A stretch of DNA of 64,000 bases from Sphingomonadales bacterium (GTDB taxonomy: Bacteria; Pseudomonadota; Alphaproteobacteria; Sphingomonadales; Sphingomonadaceae): the NCBI GenBank assembly GCA_034668505.1, contig JAXDPD010000003.1, positions 5,441-69,440 of the forward strand. Reading direction: 5' to 3'. Positions 10,735-19,829 of this stretch are shown piece by piece. The notes below the pieces were generated by a model. That model worked only from the letters and a program-made list of their open reading frames with translations. It had not been told where the DNA came from and ran no database searches. A program made the translations under genes and the position numbers. The first letter of the stretch is position 1. Each line of letters starts with the position of its first letter.

Positions 10735-13700
10735 ATGAGCGCCGCCTGGACCTTCTCGATCGACCGCGGCGGCACCTTCACCGACATCGTCGCCCGCGCC
10801 CCCGGCGGCGCGACGATCGTCCGCAAGCTGCTCTCGGACAATCCCGGGCGCTATGACGACGCCGCGGTCGCTGGCATCGCCGCGATCCTCGCCGAGGCCC
10901 GGGCCAAGGGGCTTTCAACCGAGGTCGGCGCGGTCAAGATGGGGACGACGGTCGCGACCAACGCCCTCCTCGAGCGCAAGGGCGAACGGGTGGCGCTGGC
11001 GATCACCGCCGGGCTCGGCGACGCGCTCAGGATCGGCTACCAGGCGCGGCCCGACATCTTCGCGCGCCATATCGTCCTGCCGGAGCCGCTCTACGGGATC
11101 GTGATCGAAATCGACGAAAGGGTGACGGCGGCGGGCGCGGTGCTTCGCCCGCTCGACGGCGAGGCCGCGCGCGCCGGGCTCCAGGCGGCGTTCGACCAGG
11201 GCTATCGCGCGCTCGCCATCGTGCTGATGCACGGCTGGCGCTGGACCGCGCACGAGGCCGCGCTGGCCGGAATGGCGCGGGCGATCGGCTTCACCCAGAT
11301 TTCCGCGAGCCACCAGGTCGAGCCCCTGATCAAGCTGATCGGCCGCGGCGACACCGCCGTGGTCGACGCCTATCTCTCGCCGGTTTTGCGGCTGTACGTC
11401 GACAAGGTGGTCAAAGGGCTGAACTGCACAGACTCGTTCGTCCCGAGCGAAGTCGAGGGGCGCGGCACCGACTCCGAACGCCCCTCGACTTCGCTCGGGA
11501 CGAACGGGAGTGAGAATCCAGGACAGCGCCTGTTCTTCATGCAGTCGAACGGCGGGCTCACCGACGCGGGCCGCTTCCGGGGCAAGGACGCCATTCTCTC
11601 CGGGCCGGCGGGCGGCATCGTCGGCATGGCGCGGACGGCGGCGGAGGCGGGCTTCGGCCAGGTCATCGGCTTCGACATGGGCGGCACCTCGACCGACGTC
11701 TCGCATTTCGCCGGGCGCTACGAGCGGACCAGCGAGCGCGCCGTCGCCGGCGTGCGCGTGCGCGCGCCGATGCTGGAAATCCACACCGTGGCGGCGGGCG
11801 GCGGCTCGGTCTGCGCGTTCGACGGCCGCCGCTTCCGGGTCGGGCCGGACAGCGCCGGGGCGGTGCCCGGCCCGGCCTGCTACCGGCGCGGCGGGCCGCT
11901 GACGGTGACCGACTGCAACGTCGTGCTCGGCAAGATCCGGCCCGATCATTTCCCCCGCGTCTTCGGGGCCGGTGGCGACCAGCCGATCGATGCCGAGGCT
12001 TCGTTCGCCCGCTGCAAGGAGATCGCCGGTCTGGCGGGCAAGAGCGCGCGCGACGTGGCCGAGGGCTTCATCCGCATCGCGGTCGACAACATGGCCAATG
12101 CGATCAAGCAGATCTCGATCGCGCGCGGCCACGACGTCACCCGCTACACCTTGCAATGTTTCGGCGGCGCGGGCGGCCAGCACGCCTGCCTGGTCGCCGA
12201 CGCGCTCGGCATTGGGCGGGTGATGATCCATCCGCTCGCCGGCGTGCTCAGCGCCTACGGCATGGGGCTGGCGGACATGGTCGAACTGCGCCAGCGCTCG
12301 GTGGCTGGCGGGGATCTGGAGGCGATCCTGGCCGCGCTCGAAGCCGAGGCCCGCGCCGGGCTGGCGGGGCAGGGGGTCGAGGATCCGGAGATCCTGCGGC
12401 GCGCGGCCCTGCGCTACGACGGCAGCGATTCCAGCCTCGAAGTGCCGGTCTCCGATCATATGCGCGCGGATTTCGAGGCCGCGCACAAGCAGCGCTTCGG
12501 CTTCACCGCGCCGGAGACGGCGGTGATGGTCGAGACCGCGATCGTGGAGGCGGTGGGGAAGGGACAGGAAGAAACCACGAACTCGTTCGTCCCGAGCGAA
12601 GTCGAGGGGCGTTCTGACTCGGTGCCGCGCCCCTCGGCTTCGCTCGGGACGAACGATTCTTTGCCTGTTACGGATCGATCACTGCTGAAGGCAGGCGACA
12701 CCATCCCCGGCCCGGCCCTCGTCATCGATCCCTCCGCCACCACCGTCGTCGAGCCCGGCTGGCAGGCGCAGGTGGATGCACTCGGCAACCTCATCCTCAC
12801 CCGCGCGACCCCGCGCGCCGCCGCCGCGGCGGGCGCCGCGGTCGATCCGGTCATGCTCGAGGTCATGGCGAACCTGTTCATGGCGATCGCCGAGGAGATG
12901 GGGGTGGCGCTGCAGAACACCGCCTCGTCGGTCAACATCAAGGAACGGCTCGATTTCTCCTGCGCGCTGTTCGACGGGGACGGCGACCTCGTCGCCAACG
13001 CGCCGCATATCCCGGTCCATCTCGGCTCGATGGGCGATTCGATCCGCACGATCATCGCGGCGCGGGGCGAGGGACGCGACGGGCGCGGGATGAAGCCCGG
13101 CGACGTCTACGTGCTGAACGCGCCCTATCGCGGCGGCACCCATTTGCCGGACATCACCGTGATCATGCCGGTCTTCGCCGACGACGCCGATGCTGCACCG
13201 GCCTGGTACGTCGCCGCGCGCGGCCACCATGCCGATATCGGCGGCATCGCGCCGGGATCGATGCCGCCCGACAGCCGCTCCGTCCATGACGAGGGCGTGC
13301 TGATCGACAATATGCTGCTCGTCGATGCGGGCCGCTTCCTCGAGGCGGAGATGCGGGCGCTGCTCGACGCGGGCGAGTGGCCGGCGCGCAATCCGGACCG
13401 CAACATCGCCGACCTGAAGGCCCAGATCGCCGCCTGCGCGCGCGGCGCGAACGAGCTCCGGCGCGTCTCCGGCGACTACGGCCGCGCCGCGATCGACGCT
13501 TATATGAGCCACGTCATGGCCTATGCCGAGGAAGCGGTGCGGCGGCTGATCGGGCGGCTGAGCGACGGCGCCTTCAGCTATGAGATGGACAACGGCGCCC
13601 ATGTCTCCGTCTCGGTGACGGTCGATCGCGCGGCGCGCGCGGCGACCGTCGACTTCGCCGGCACCAGCAAGCAGCAGGACGACAATTTCAACGCGCCTTA

Positions 13701-14385
13701 TTCGATCTGCCGGGCGGCGACGCTCTACGTCTTCCGCACTTTGGTCGACGATCCCATCCCCTTGAACGACGGCTGCATGCGGCCGATCACGCTCGCCGTG
13801 CCCGAAGGCTCGATGCTCAATCCGCGCTATCCGGCCGCGGTGGTGGCGGGCAATGTCGAGACCAGCCAGGTCGTCACCGACTGCCTGTTCGCGGCGATGG
13901 GCGCGCTGGCGCCGAGCCAGGGGACGATGAACAATTTCACCTTCGGCAACGAAGCCTATCAATATTATGAGACGATCGCGGGCGGCGCCGGGGCCGGCCC
14001 GACCTTCGACGGAGCGAGCGCGGTCCAGACCCACATGACCAACTCCCGGCTCACCGATCCCGAGATATTGGAGACGCGCTTTCCGGTGATCCTCGAACGC
14101 TTCGCGATCCGGCGCGGCTCGGGCGGGGAAGGGGCCCACCGGGGCGGCGACGGCGTCGAGCGCCGCATCCTCTTCCTCGAGCCGATGCAGGCGAGCATCC
14201 TCTCCAACCGCAGGCGGGTGGCGCCGCGCGGGATCGAGGGCGGGGGAGGTGCGAAGGCGGGGGTGAACCGGGTGGTGCGCGCTAACGGTGCGGCAGAGGT
14301 CTTGTCGGCGACCGCGTCGGCGGACATGCAGGCGGGGGACACCTTCGTGATCGAGACGCCTGGGGGAGGGGGATTCGGACAATGA
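10735..14385 (+). CDS. Fused hydantoinase A/B-type 5-oxoprolinase (ATP-hydrolysing) carrying two in-frame palindrome insertions
   Basis: [77 protein letters not shown]. Confidence 0.92.
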   Translation: MSAAWTFSIDRGGTFTDIVARAPGGATIVRKLLSDNPGRYDDAAVAGIAAILAEARAKGLSTEVGAVKMGTTVATNALLERKGERVALAITAGLGDALRIGYQARPDIFARHIVLPEPLYGIVIEIDERVTAAGAVLRPLDGEAARAGLQAAFDQGYRALAIVLMHGWRWTAHEAALAGMARAIGFTQISASHQVEPLIKLIGRGDTAVVDAYLSPVLRLYVDKVVKGLNCTDSFVPSEVEGRGTDSERPSTSLGTNGSENPGQRLFFMQSNGGLTDAGRFRGKDAILSGPAGGIVGMARTAAEAGFGQVIGFDMGGTSTDVSHFAGRYERTSERAVAGVRVRAPMLEIHTVAAGGGSVCAFDGRRFRVGPDSAGAVPGPACYRRGGPLTVTDCNVVLGKIRPDHFPRVFGAGGDQPIDAEASFARCKEIAGLAGKSARDVAEGFIRIAVDNMANAIKQISIARGHDVTRYTLQCFGGAGGQHACLVADALGIGRVMIHPLAGVLSAYGMGLADMVELRQRSVAGGDLEAILAALEAEARAGLAGQGVEDPEILRRAALRYDGSDSSLEVPVSDHMRADFEAAHKQRFGFTAPETAVMVETAIVEAVGKGQEETTNSFVPSEVEGRSDSVPRPSASLGTNDSLPVTDRSLLKAGDTIPGPALVIDPSATTVVEPGWQAQVDALGNLILTRATPRAAAAAGAAVDPVMLEVMANLFMAIAEEMGVALQNTASSVNIKERLDFSCALFDGDGDLVANAPHIPVHLGSMGDSIRTIIAARGEGRDGRGMKPGDVYVLNAPYRGGTHLPDITVIMPVFADDADAAPAWYVAARGHHADIGGIAPGSMPPDSRSVHDEGVLIDNMLLVDAGRFLEAEMRALLDAGEWPARNPDRNIADLKAQIAACARGANELRRVSGDYGRAAIDAYMSHVMAYAEEAVRRLIGRLSDGAFSYEMDNGAHVSVSVTVDRAARAATVDFAGTSKQQDDNFNAPYSICRAATLYVFRTLVDDPIPLNDGCMRPITLAVPEGSMLNPRYPAAVVAGNVETSQVVTDCLFAAMGALAPSQGTMNNFTFGNEAYQYYETIAGGAGAGPTFDGASAVQTHMTNSRLTDPEILETRFPVILERFAIRRGSGGEGAHRGGDGVERRILFLEPMQASILSNRRRVAPRGIEGGGGAKAGVNRVVRANGAAEVLSATASADMQAGDTFVIETPGGGGFGQ
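11435..11506. repeat. REP-like palindrome, family B, in frame in oxoprolinase (copy 1)
   Basis: Perfect 28-bp inverted arms 11435-11462/11479-11506 with a 16-nt loop; encodes FVPSEVEGR...RPSTSLGTN. Confidence 0.92.
12584..12655. repeat. REP-like palindrome, family B, in frame in oxoprolinase (copy 2, opposite orientation)
   Basis: 28-bp arms with one mismatch; its loop matches the reverse complement of the copy-1 loop at 14/16. Confidence 0.92.
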
Positions 14386-14391
14386 GGCAGA

Positions 14392-14475
14392 GTCGTCGCC
14401 CCGGCGAAGGCCGGGGTCTCAGGACAAGAAGTCTCGGTGGGTCTCCACGGGATCCCGGTCTTCGCCGGGATGACG
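14392..14475. repeat. REP doublet, family A
   Basis: GTCGTCGCCCCGGCGAAGGCCGGGGTCTC ... GGGATCCCGGTCTTCGCCGGGATGACG, intergenic. Confidence 0.85.
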
Positions 14476-14482
14476 GGGGACG

Positions 14483-15160
14483 GTGATGGAATACCTCCCC
14501 CTGATCGGCATCGCGATCATCGTCGTCGGCTTTCTGCTGCGGATCAATCCGCTGCTCGTGGTGACGGCGGCCGCGCTTGCCACCGGGCTTGCCGCCAAGC
14601 TGCAATTCACAATCGTGCTCGATGCGCTGGGCAAGGCCTATAACGAAAATCGCTTCATCACCGTCGTCTATGTCGTGCTGCCGGCGATCGGCCTGCTCGA
14701 ACGCTACGGGCTGCAGCAGCGCTCGCGCGCGGTGATCCTCAAATTGCACCGGGCGACGGTGGGCCGGCTGCTCATCGTCTATCTGGTGATCCGCCAGGCC
14801 GCCGCCGCGATCGGCCTGACCTCGGTCGCCGGCCACCCGCAGACGGTGCGGCCGCTGGTCGCGCCGATGGCGGAGGCGGCGGCCGAGCGCGAGCATGGCG
14901 CCATCGACGAGGCGACGCGCGACAAGGTCAAGGCCTATGCGGCGGCGACCGACAATGTCGGCCTGTTCTTCGGCGAGGACATCTTCATCGCCATCGCCTC
15001 GATCCTGCTGATCAAGGGCAATCTCGCCACCCACGGCATCAATCTCGACCCGCTCGAACTCTCTTTATGGGCGATCCCGACCGCGATCCTCGCCTTCCTG
15101 ATCCACGCCTCGCGCCTCGTCTGGCTCGACCGCAGCCTCAGGCGGGGGGCGAAGCCATGA
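14483..15160 (+). CDS. DUF969 family membrane protein (putative 5-oxoproline transporter subunit)
   Basis: LPAIGLLERYGL, SVAGHPQTVRPLVAPMAEAAAE, DNVGLFFGEDIFIA. Confidence 0.88.
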   Translation: MMEYLPLIGIAIIVVGFLLRINPLLVVTAAALATGLAAKLQFTIVLDALGKAYNENRFITVVYVVLPAIGLLERYGLQQRSRAVILKLHRATVGRLLIVYLVIRQAAAAIGLTSVAGHPQTVRPLVAPMAEAAAEREHGAIDEATRDKVKAYAAATDNVGLFFGEDIFIAIASILLIKGNLATHGINLDPLELSLWAIPTAILAFLIHASRLVWLDRSLRRGAKP

Positions 15161-16107
15161 TCACGCTCCAGCATCTCTACGACCTCGGCGGGGCGATGTT
15201 CGTCGGCTTCGCCCTGCTCAGCCTGTTCGACCGGACCAACAGGAAGCGGCTCGGCAACGCGCTCTTCTACGCGTTGCTCGCGACCAGCTTCCTCGCCGGC
15301 CATCTGCTCGGCGACCGCAACAACGGCATATTGGCGCTGGCCATCGCCGGCGTCGCCGGCTTCGGCCTGCTCGGCCGGGGCGAGCCGCCGACCACCTCGA
15401 CGGCCGAGCGCGAGGCCTTTGCGGACGTGTTCGGCAACCGGCTCTTCCTGCCCGCTTTGGTGATCCCGGCGACCGTCTTCGTCGGCACGCTCGCCTACAA
15501 GCTCACGCCGCTCGGCCAAGCCGGCCTGTTCGAGCCCGCCTGGGTGACGCCGATCCTGCTCGGGCTCGGCGCCTTGCTCGCCTTGCTCGTCATCGTCGTC
15601 TGGCGCCGGCCGCCGGCGCTGGCGCCGCTCAACGAGGGGCGGCGGCTGATGGACGCGATCGGCTGGGCGGTGGTGCTGCCGCAGATGCTCGCCGCTTTGG
15701 GCGCTGTCTTCCTGCTCGCGGGAGTCGGCAATATCCTGGGCGGAATCTTCGGCCAGATCATCCCCGACGGCAGCCTGTTCATCGCGATCGTGGTCTATGC
15801 GCTCGGCATGGCGGCGTTCACGATGATCACCGGCAATGCGTTCGCCGCCTTCCCGGTCATGGTCGCGGCGATCGGCGTGCCGGTGCTGATCAACTCCTAT
15901 CACGGCAACCCGGCGGTGATCGGCGCGATCGGCATGCTGGCCGGCTTTTGCGGGACCTTGATGACGCCGATGGCGGCGAACTTCAACATCGTGCCGGTGC
16001 GGCTGCTCGAGCTTCGCGACCAGAATGCGGTGATCAAGGCGCAGCTCGGCACCGCTTTGCCGCTGCTGCTGGCCAATGTCCTGCTGATCTATTTCCTGGC
16101 CTTTTGA
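15157..16107 (+). CDS. DUF979 family membrane protein (putative 5-oxoproline transporter subunit)
   Basis: LPQMLAALGAVF, FTMITGNAFAAFPV, GFCGTLMTPMAANFNIVP; ATGA overlap with DUF969 gene. Confidence 0.88.
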   Translation: MITLQHLYDLGGAMFVGFALLSLFDRTNRKRLGNALFYALLATSFLAGHLLGDRNNGILALAIAGVAGFGLLGRGEPPTTSTAEREAFADVFGNRLFLPALVIPATVFVGTLAYKLTPLGQAGLFEPAWVTPILLGLGALLALLVIVVWRRPPALAPLNEGRRLMDAIGWAVVLPQMLAALGAVFLLAGVGNILGGIFGQIIPDGSLFIAIVVYALGMAAFTMITGNAFAAFPVMVAAIGVPVLINSYHGNPAVIGAIGMLAGFCGTLMTPMAANFNIVPVRLLELRDQNAVIKAQLGTALPLLLANVLLIYFLAF

Positions 16108-16109
16108 CA

Positions 16110-16131
16110 ATCCTCCCCGTTCCGGGGAGGA
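16110..16131. repeat. Family C palindrome, short form
   Basis: ATCCTCCCCGTTCCGGGGAGGA equals the two outer ends of the 5620-5740 element joined together. Confidence 0.7.
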
Positions 16132-16143
16132 ATTGGAGTAGGA

Positions 16144-17139
16144 ATGAAGCACCGCCTTACCGCCGAGACCGCCGCCCGCTTCGCCGGGATCGCGCTCTCG
16201 CACGTGACCCGCGAATATCCGCACAAGCTCGATCATGTGATGGAGGGGCCGGAGGATGTGCTCGGGCCGCGCGCGCTCCATCCGGTCTTCTTCGGCAGCT
16301 TCGACTGGCACAGCTGCGTGCACGGCTATTGGCTGCTGATGCGCACGCTCAGGCTCTATCCGGACATGGCCGTTTCTGTCCGGATCCGGACATTGCTCGA
16401 CGAGATGCTCGTCGCGGACAAGGTGGCGGGCGAGCTCGCCTATCTCGACCGCGCTTATACCGGCGGCTTCGAGCGGCCTTATGGCTGGGCCTGGCTGCTC
16501 GCGCTCCACCGGGAGGCGGGCCGGCACGAGGCGGGCTGGGCCGACGCGCTGGCGCCGCTCGCCCGCGCCTTCGCCGAGCGGTTCAAGGCCTATCTGCCAA
16601 GGCTCACCTACCCGATCCGCACCGGGGCCCATTATAACAGCGCCTTCGCGATGATCCTGGCGCTCGCCTGGGCCGGGGCGAACGACGCCGCGCTGGCCGC
16701 TTCGATCCGCGAGCGCGCCGCTTTCTATTATCGCGGGGACCGGGCCTGCCCGGGCTGGGAGCCGGCGGGCGACGACTTCCTCTCCTCGGCGCTGACCGAG
16801 GCGCTGCTGATGCGGCGGGTGCTGGCGCCGGACGAGTTCCGCGCCTGGTTCGGCGCCTTCCTGCCCGATCTCGCCGCGGGCGCGCCCCGCAGCCTGTTCA
16901 CCCCCGCCTTCGTCTCGGACCGTTCGGACGGCAAGATCGCCCATCTCGACGGGGTCAATCTCAGCCGGGCCTGGTGCTGGCGCGGGCTCGCCGGCGCGCT
17001 CGACCCCGATCTCGCCGCTCTGGCGCAGGGCACCGCCGACGCCCATCTCGACGCCAGCCTGCCGCACGTCGCCGGCGATTATATGGGCGAGCATTGGCTG
17101 GCCACCTTCGCCTTGCTGGCGCTCGGCGCCGAAGATTGA
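16144..17139 (+). CDS. DUF2891 family protein
   Basis: REYPHKLDH, HPVFFGSFDWHSCVHGYW, FERPYGWAW, HLDGVNLSRAW, YMGEHWLATFA. Confidence 0.9.
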   Translation: MKHRLTAETAARFAGIALSHVTREYPHKLDHVMEGPEDVLGPRALHPVFFGSFDWHSCVHGYWLLMRTLRLYPDMAVSVRIRTLLDEMLVADKVAGELAYLDRAYTGGFERPYGWAWLLALHREAGRHEAGWADALAPLARAFAERFKAYLPRLTYPIRTGAHYNSAFAMILALAWAGANDAALAASIRERAAFYYRGDRACPGWEPAGDDFLSSALTEALLMRRVLAPDEFRAWFGAFLPDLAAGAPRSLFTPAFVSDRSDGKIAHLDGVNLSRAWCWRGLAGALDPDLAALAQGTADAHLDASLPHVAGDYMGEHWLATFALLALGAED

Positions 17140-17153
17140 TTGGGAGACACGCA

Positions 17154-17444
17154 ATGAACCATCTCTATCTGCAGCTCGGCCGCGCGATCGCCGGAACATG
17201 CCCGCCGGGCTTCAAGGAGGCGCGGCTGGACGCGGCGCCGGGCGAGGACCGGCTCGACGTCGCCTGCACCCTGGCCGACGGCAGCCAGGTTTCGCCGCCG
17301 CTGGACGCGGAGGCGCGGCGGGGCATCGGCGCGGCGCTCGGCGAGGTCCGCCAGGCGATGGCCGCGCAGGACGGCAAGAGCTGGCGCTCGTGCACGGTGA
17401 CCCTGGTCGCCGGCGGCGGCTTCAGCATGGAGGTGACCGAATAG
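17154..17444 (+). CDS. Small hypothetical protein resembling YezG/DUF600 immunity proteins
   Basis: GGAGA RBS; pattern LYxQLGxxIxxxxPxGFxxAxL ... LxEVRxxMxxxDGxxWxxxTxTLxxxGxFxM. Confidence 0.6.
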   Translation: MNHLYLQLGRAIAGTCPPGFKEARLDAAPGEDRLDVACTLADGSQVSPPLDAEARRGIGAALGEVRQAMAAQDGKSWRSCTVTLVAGGGFSMEVTE

Positions 17445-17593
17445 GGCCTGCCCACGGCCAGGCCCGTCACCGGCAAGACGAAGGTGGAGGGATGTGACCA
17501 CAGACCGCCGGCCTGTCGGGATGGTTTACAAAAGCTTACCCGTTAACTCTCGCGACCCGCGCTTTTCCGCCATTGGCCCGCATCTTGCCTAGG

Positions 17594-17638
17594 TGCGGGC
17601 ATGAGGGGAATGCGGGCATGAGGGGAAATGCGGGCATG
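17594..17638 (+). repeat. 17-nt tandem repeat (TGCGGGCATGAGGGGAA x2 plus partial third) over an RBS/start region
   Basis: Directly visible: 17594-17610, 17611-17627, partial 17629-17638. Confidence 0.85.
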
Positions 17639-17911
17639 TGGAAAAAATTCGGTCGGCTGTTCATCATCAAGAGCCGGTTCGAGGCGCTGGCGGTGATCTA
17701 CGCGCTCGCGGTCGGGGCGATCGGGCGCGGGCTCCATTATCTGGACGTCTATCCCGGCTTCGGCGGCTGGATGCTGTTCGCGGCCTGCACCGGCGCGGTG
17801 TTCATGGCAGGCGCCCGGCTGCTCGAATTCACGCGGAAGGACAACCGCCAGCGCCGCCGCCGCTCGGATTTCGCCGGCTCCGACCAAAGATTGGCGGAAA
17901 TTCCCAACTAG
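17636..17911 (+). CDS. Small two-TM membrane protein
   Basis: MWKKFGRLFIIKSRFEALAVIYALA...GWMLFAACTGAVFMAGA; AGGGGA RBS upstream. Confidence 0.75.
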   Translation: MWKKFGRLFIIKSRFEALAVIYALAVGAIGRGLHYLDVYPGFGGWMLFAACTGAVFMAGARLLEFTRKDNRQRRRRSDFAGSDQRLAEIPN

Positions 17912-17971
17912 CGGCGGCTGCCTGAGGGCCCGCCTGCGCTCCATGAAAACAAGAAATGGCGGATTTCCGCC
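17891..17971. promoter_or_regulatory. Two palindromes, candidate binding sites for a PspF-like enhancer-binding protein
   Basis: TTGGCGGAAATTCCCAA (17891-17907) and GGCGGATTTCCGCC (17958-17971) upstream of the sigma54 promoter. Confidence 0.35.
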
Positions 17972-17983
17972 GAAAATTCGAGT

Positions 17984-17999
17984 TGGCACGGCTCCTGCT
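17984..17999 (+). promoter_or_regulatory. Sigma54 (-24/-12) promoter
   Basis: TGGCACG-GCTC-CTGCT; GG and GC are separated by exactly 10 bp; lies upstream of pspA. Confidence 0.85.
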
Positions 18000-18043
18000 A
18001 ACCTTGTGGGCATCAGTTTCACGAAGGTTCAAGGAGCAACGAC

Positions 18044-18187
18044 ATGATCAACTTCACCAACATCCGCAAGACCATCACCGCCAGCATCGGCGCCGTCTTC
18101 ATCTCCACTTTGTTCGTCGTCGCCGCGATCGGCAATCCCGTCGCCGCCGGCTCGACCCCGAGCATGACCGTTCAGGCCCAGGCCTGA
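18044..18187 (+). CDS. 47-aa hydrophobic peptide, first gene of the psp transcript (absent from ORF track)
   Basis: AAGGAG RBS; MINFTNIRKTITASIGAVFISTLFVVAAIGNPVAAGSTPSMTVQAQA; basic N-terminus then hydrophobic stretch. Confidence 0.7.
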   Translation: MINFTNIRKTITASIGAVFISTLFVVAAIGNPVAAGSTPSMTVQAQA

Positions 18188-18286
18188 CCGCCCGGCGCGC
18201 GGCCGGCGGGGCAGTCTCTTCCCCCTTGGCTCCTCCTCCGGCCGCCGCCTTACCCCTTTGCAACGCCTCCAGTTCGGAACCCCGAG

Positions 18287-18964
18287 ATGAGCATCTTCTC
18301 CCGCACCCGCGACATCATCGCCGCCAACGTCGTCGACCTGGTCAATAGGTCGGACGACCCCGCCAAGATGATCCGCGTGATCATCATGGAGATGGAGGAG
18401 ACCCTGGTCGAGGTGCGCGCCTCCGCGGCCCGCGGCATCGCCGACCAGAAGGAGAAGAGGCGCCAGGTGGCGCAGCTCGCCGCCTCGCAGGAGAGCTGGA
18501 CCGAGCGCGCCGCGCTGGCGCTCTCCAAGGGCCGCGACGATCTCGCCCGGCTCGCCTTGATCGAGAAGGAAAAGCTCAGCGGCCTCGCCGGCGAGCTCGA
18601 GGAGGAGATCGCCGCGATCGGCGAGGGGCTGCGCGCCTTCGAGGGCGACATCTTTAAGCTCCAAGCCAAATTGCGCGAGGCGCGGGTCCGCCAGAATGCG
18701 GCCGCGACCCGCTTCGAGAGCGCCCAGAACCAGGCGCGGCTGCGCGAGCTCTATGCGGGCAGCCGCACCGAGGAGGCCTTCGCCAATTTCGAGACGCTCG
18801 AGCGCGAGGCCGATCTGGCCGAGGGCCAGGCCGACGCGCTCCTGCTCGCCGCGCCGCGCAGCCTCGAGGACGAGATCGCCGAATTGAAGGTCGCCGAGCG
18901 GGTCGACGCCGAGCTGGCGGCGATGAAGGCGGCGATGAAGACCGGCGAGAGGCTGGCGGCATGA
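18287..18964 (+). CDS. pspA: Phage shock protein A
   Basis: MSIFSRTRDIIAAN, DPAKMIRVIIMEMEETLVEVR, AALALSKGRDDLARLALIEK; coiled coil. Confidence 0.93.
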   Translation: MSIFSRTRDIIAANVVDLVNRSDDPAKMIRVIIMEMEETLVEVRASAARGIADQKEKRRQVAQLAASQESWTERAALALSKGRDDLARLALIEKEKLSGLAGELEEEIAAIGEGLRAFEGDIFKLQAKLREARVRQNAAATRFESAQNQARLRELYAGSRTEEAFANFETLEREADLAEGQADALLLAAPRSLEDEIAELKVAERVDAELAAMKAAMKTGERLAA

Positions 18965-19137
18965 GCGCGATCGAGGCGGATTGGGCCGAGGCCGAGCGGC
19001 TGTGGCGGTGCTCCGCGCGGATGGACGAGCGGCTCGACATGGTCGAGCGCGCGCTCGCCGCGATCGGCCGCCGCCAGGACGATGACATATATTCAGGAAC
19101 GCCCGGACGTGACCGGGACCCAGGGAGGACGAAATGA
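18961..19137 (+). CDS. 58-aa PspB-like protein lacking the N-terminal TM helix (absent from ORF track)
   Basis: ATGA overlaps at both ends (pspA stop, pspC start). AEAERLWRCSARMDERLDMVERAL resembles the PspB cytoplasmic C-terminal helix. Confidence 0.6.
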   Translation: MSAIEADWAEAERLWRCSARMDERLDMVERALAAIGRRQDDDIYSGTPGRDRDPGRTK

Positions 19138-19499
19138 ACGTGCGCGGCAGAAGGTTCGAGGTCGACAAGGCCAATGGCAAGATCGCCGGCGTCTGCGCCG
19201 GGATCGGCGAGCATGTCGGCGTCGATCCGACGATCGTCAGGATCGGCTTCGTGCTGGCGGCGGTGATCGGCTCCTTGTGGCTGGCGCTGGTCGCTTATGG
19301 CGTGCTCGCCTTCGTCGGGCAGAAAAAGGGCCTGTCCCGCCGGACGCCGGCCCGCGCCGCGCTCCGCTATCCGTCGCGCGAGGAGACAGGCGAGCGGATG
19401 CGCGACATCGACCGGCGCATGCAGGAGGTCGAGACCTATGTCGCGAGCGCCGACAGCAACAACAGCCGGCTCGCCCGCGAGATCGAAGAGCTTCGCTAG
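19134..19499 (+). CDS. pspC: Phage shock protein C
   Basis: DKANGKIAGVCAGIGEHVGVDPTIVRI, TM helix, RMRDIDRRMQEVETYV...LAREIEELR. Confidence 0.9.
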   Translation: MNVRGRRFEVDKANGKIAGVCAGIGEHVGVDPTIVRIGFVLAAVIGSLWLALVAYGVLAFVGQKKGLSRRTPARAALRYPSREETGERMRDIDRRMQEVETYVASADSNNSRLAREIEELR

Positions 19500-19538
19500 C
19501 TTTGGTTTGAACGTGATCATCCGTCCAGGGAGGAAGAG

Positions 19539-19775
19539 ATGAACGATCCGATGACGACGATGACGGTGGCGGGCGCGGCCCTCTCCGGCCTCGGCATCGC
19601 CACCTTCGCGGCCCTGCGCGGCTGGCAGGGCTGGCTCGAGGTCCGGAAGATGGAGCTGGCCGGCCCCGCCCGCCGCGACGAGCCGCGCAGCCCCGCCGGC
19701 GACATGATCGAGGTGGCGGACTTGAAGGAACGCGTCCGCAAGCTCGAAGCGATCGCCGCCTGCGTCGATCTGTAG
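19539..19775 (+). CDS. Small psp-associated membrane protein
   Basis: GGGAGG RBS; N-terminal TM, LRGWQGWLEVRKMEL, IEVADLKERVRKLEAIA coiled coil. Confidence 0.75.
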   Translation: MNDPMTTMTVAGAALSGLGIATFAALRGWQGWLEVRKMELAGPARRDEPRSPAGDMIEVADLKERVRKLEAIAACVDL

Positions 19776-19779
19776 GGAA

Positions 19780-19806
19780 GCCCTGGACGGGCTCAGGGCA
19801 AACGGG
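19780..19806. repeat. Degenerate single arm of a family B-like REP
   Basis: GCCCTGGACGGGCTCAGGGCAAACGGG resembles the right arm at 55798-55823 (GGCTTCGACAGGCTCAGCCCGAACGG). Confidence 0.5.
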
Positions 19807-19829
19807 TCTGATTGCTCATGGTCTGCGGC

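Noticed and set aside
17525-17539. TTTA-N7-TTAC as a CtrA site
   Set aside because: Two mismatches and no supporting context.
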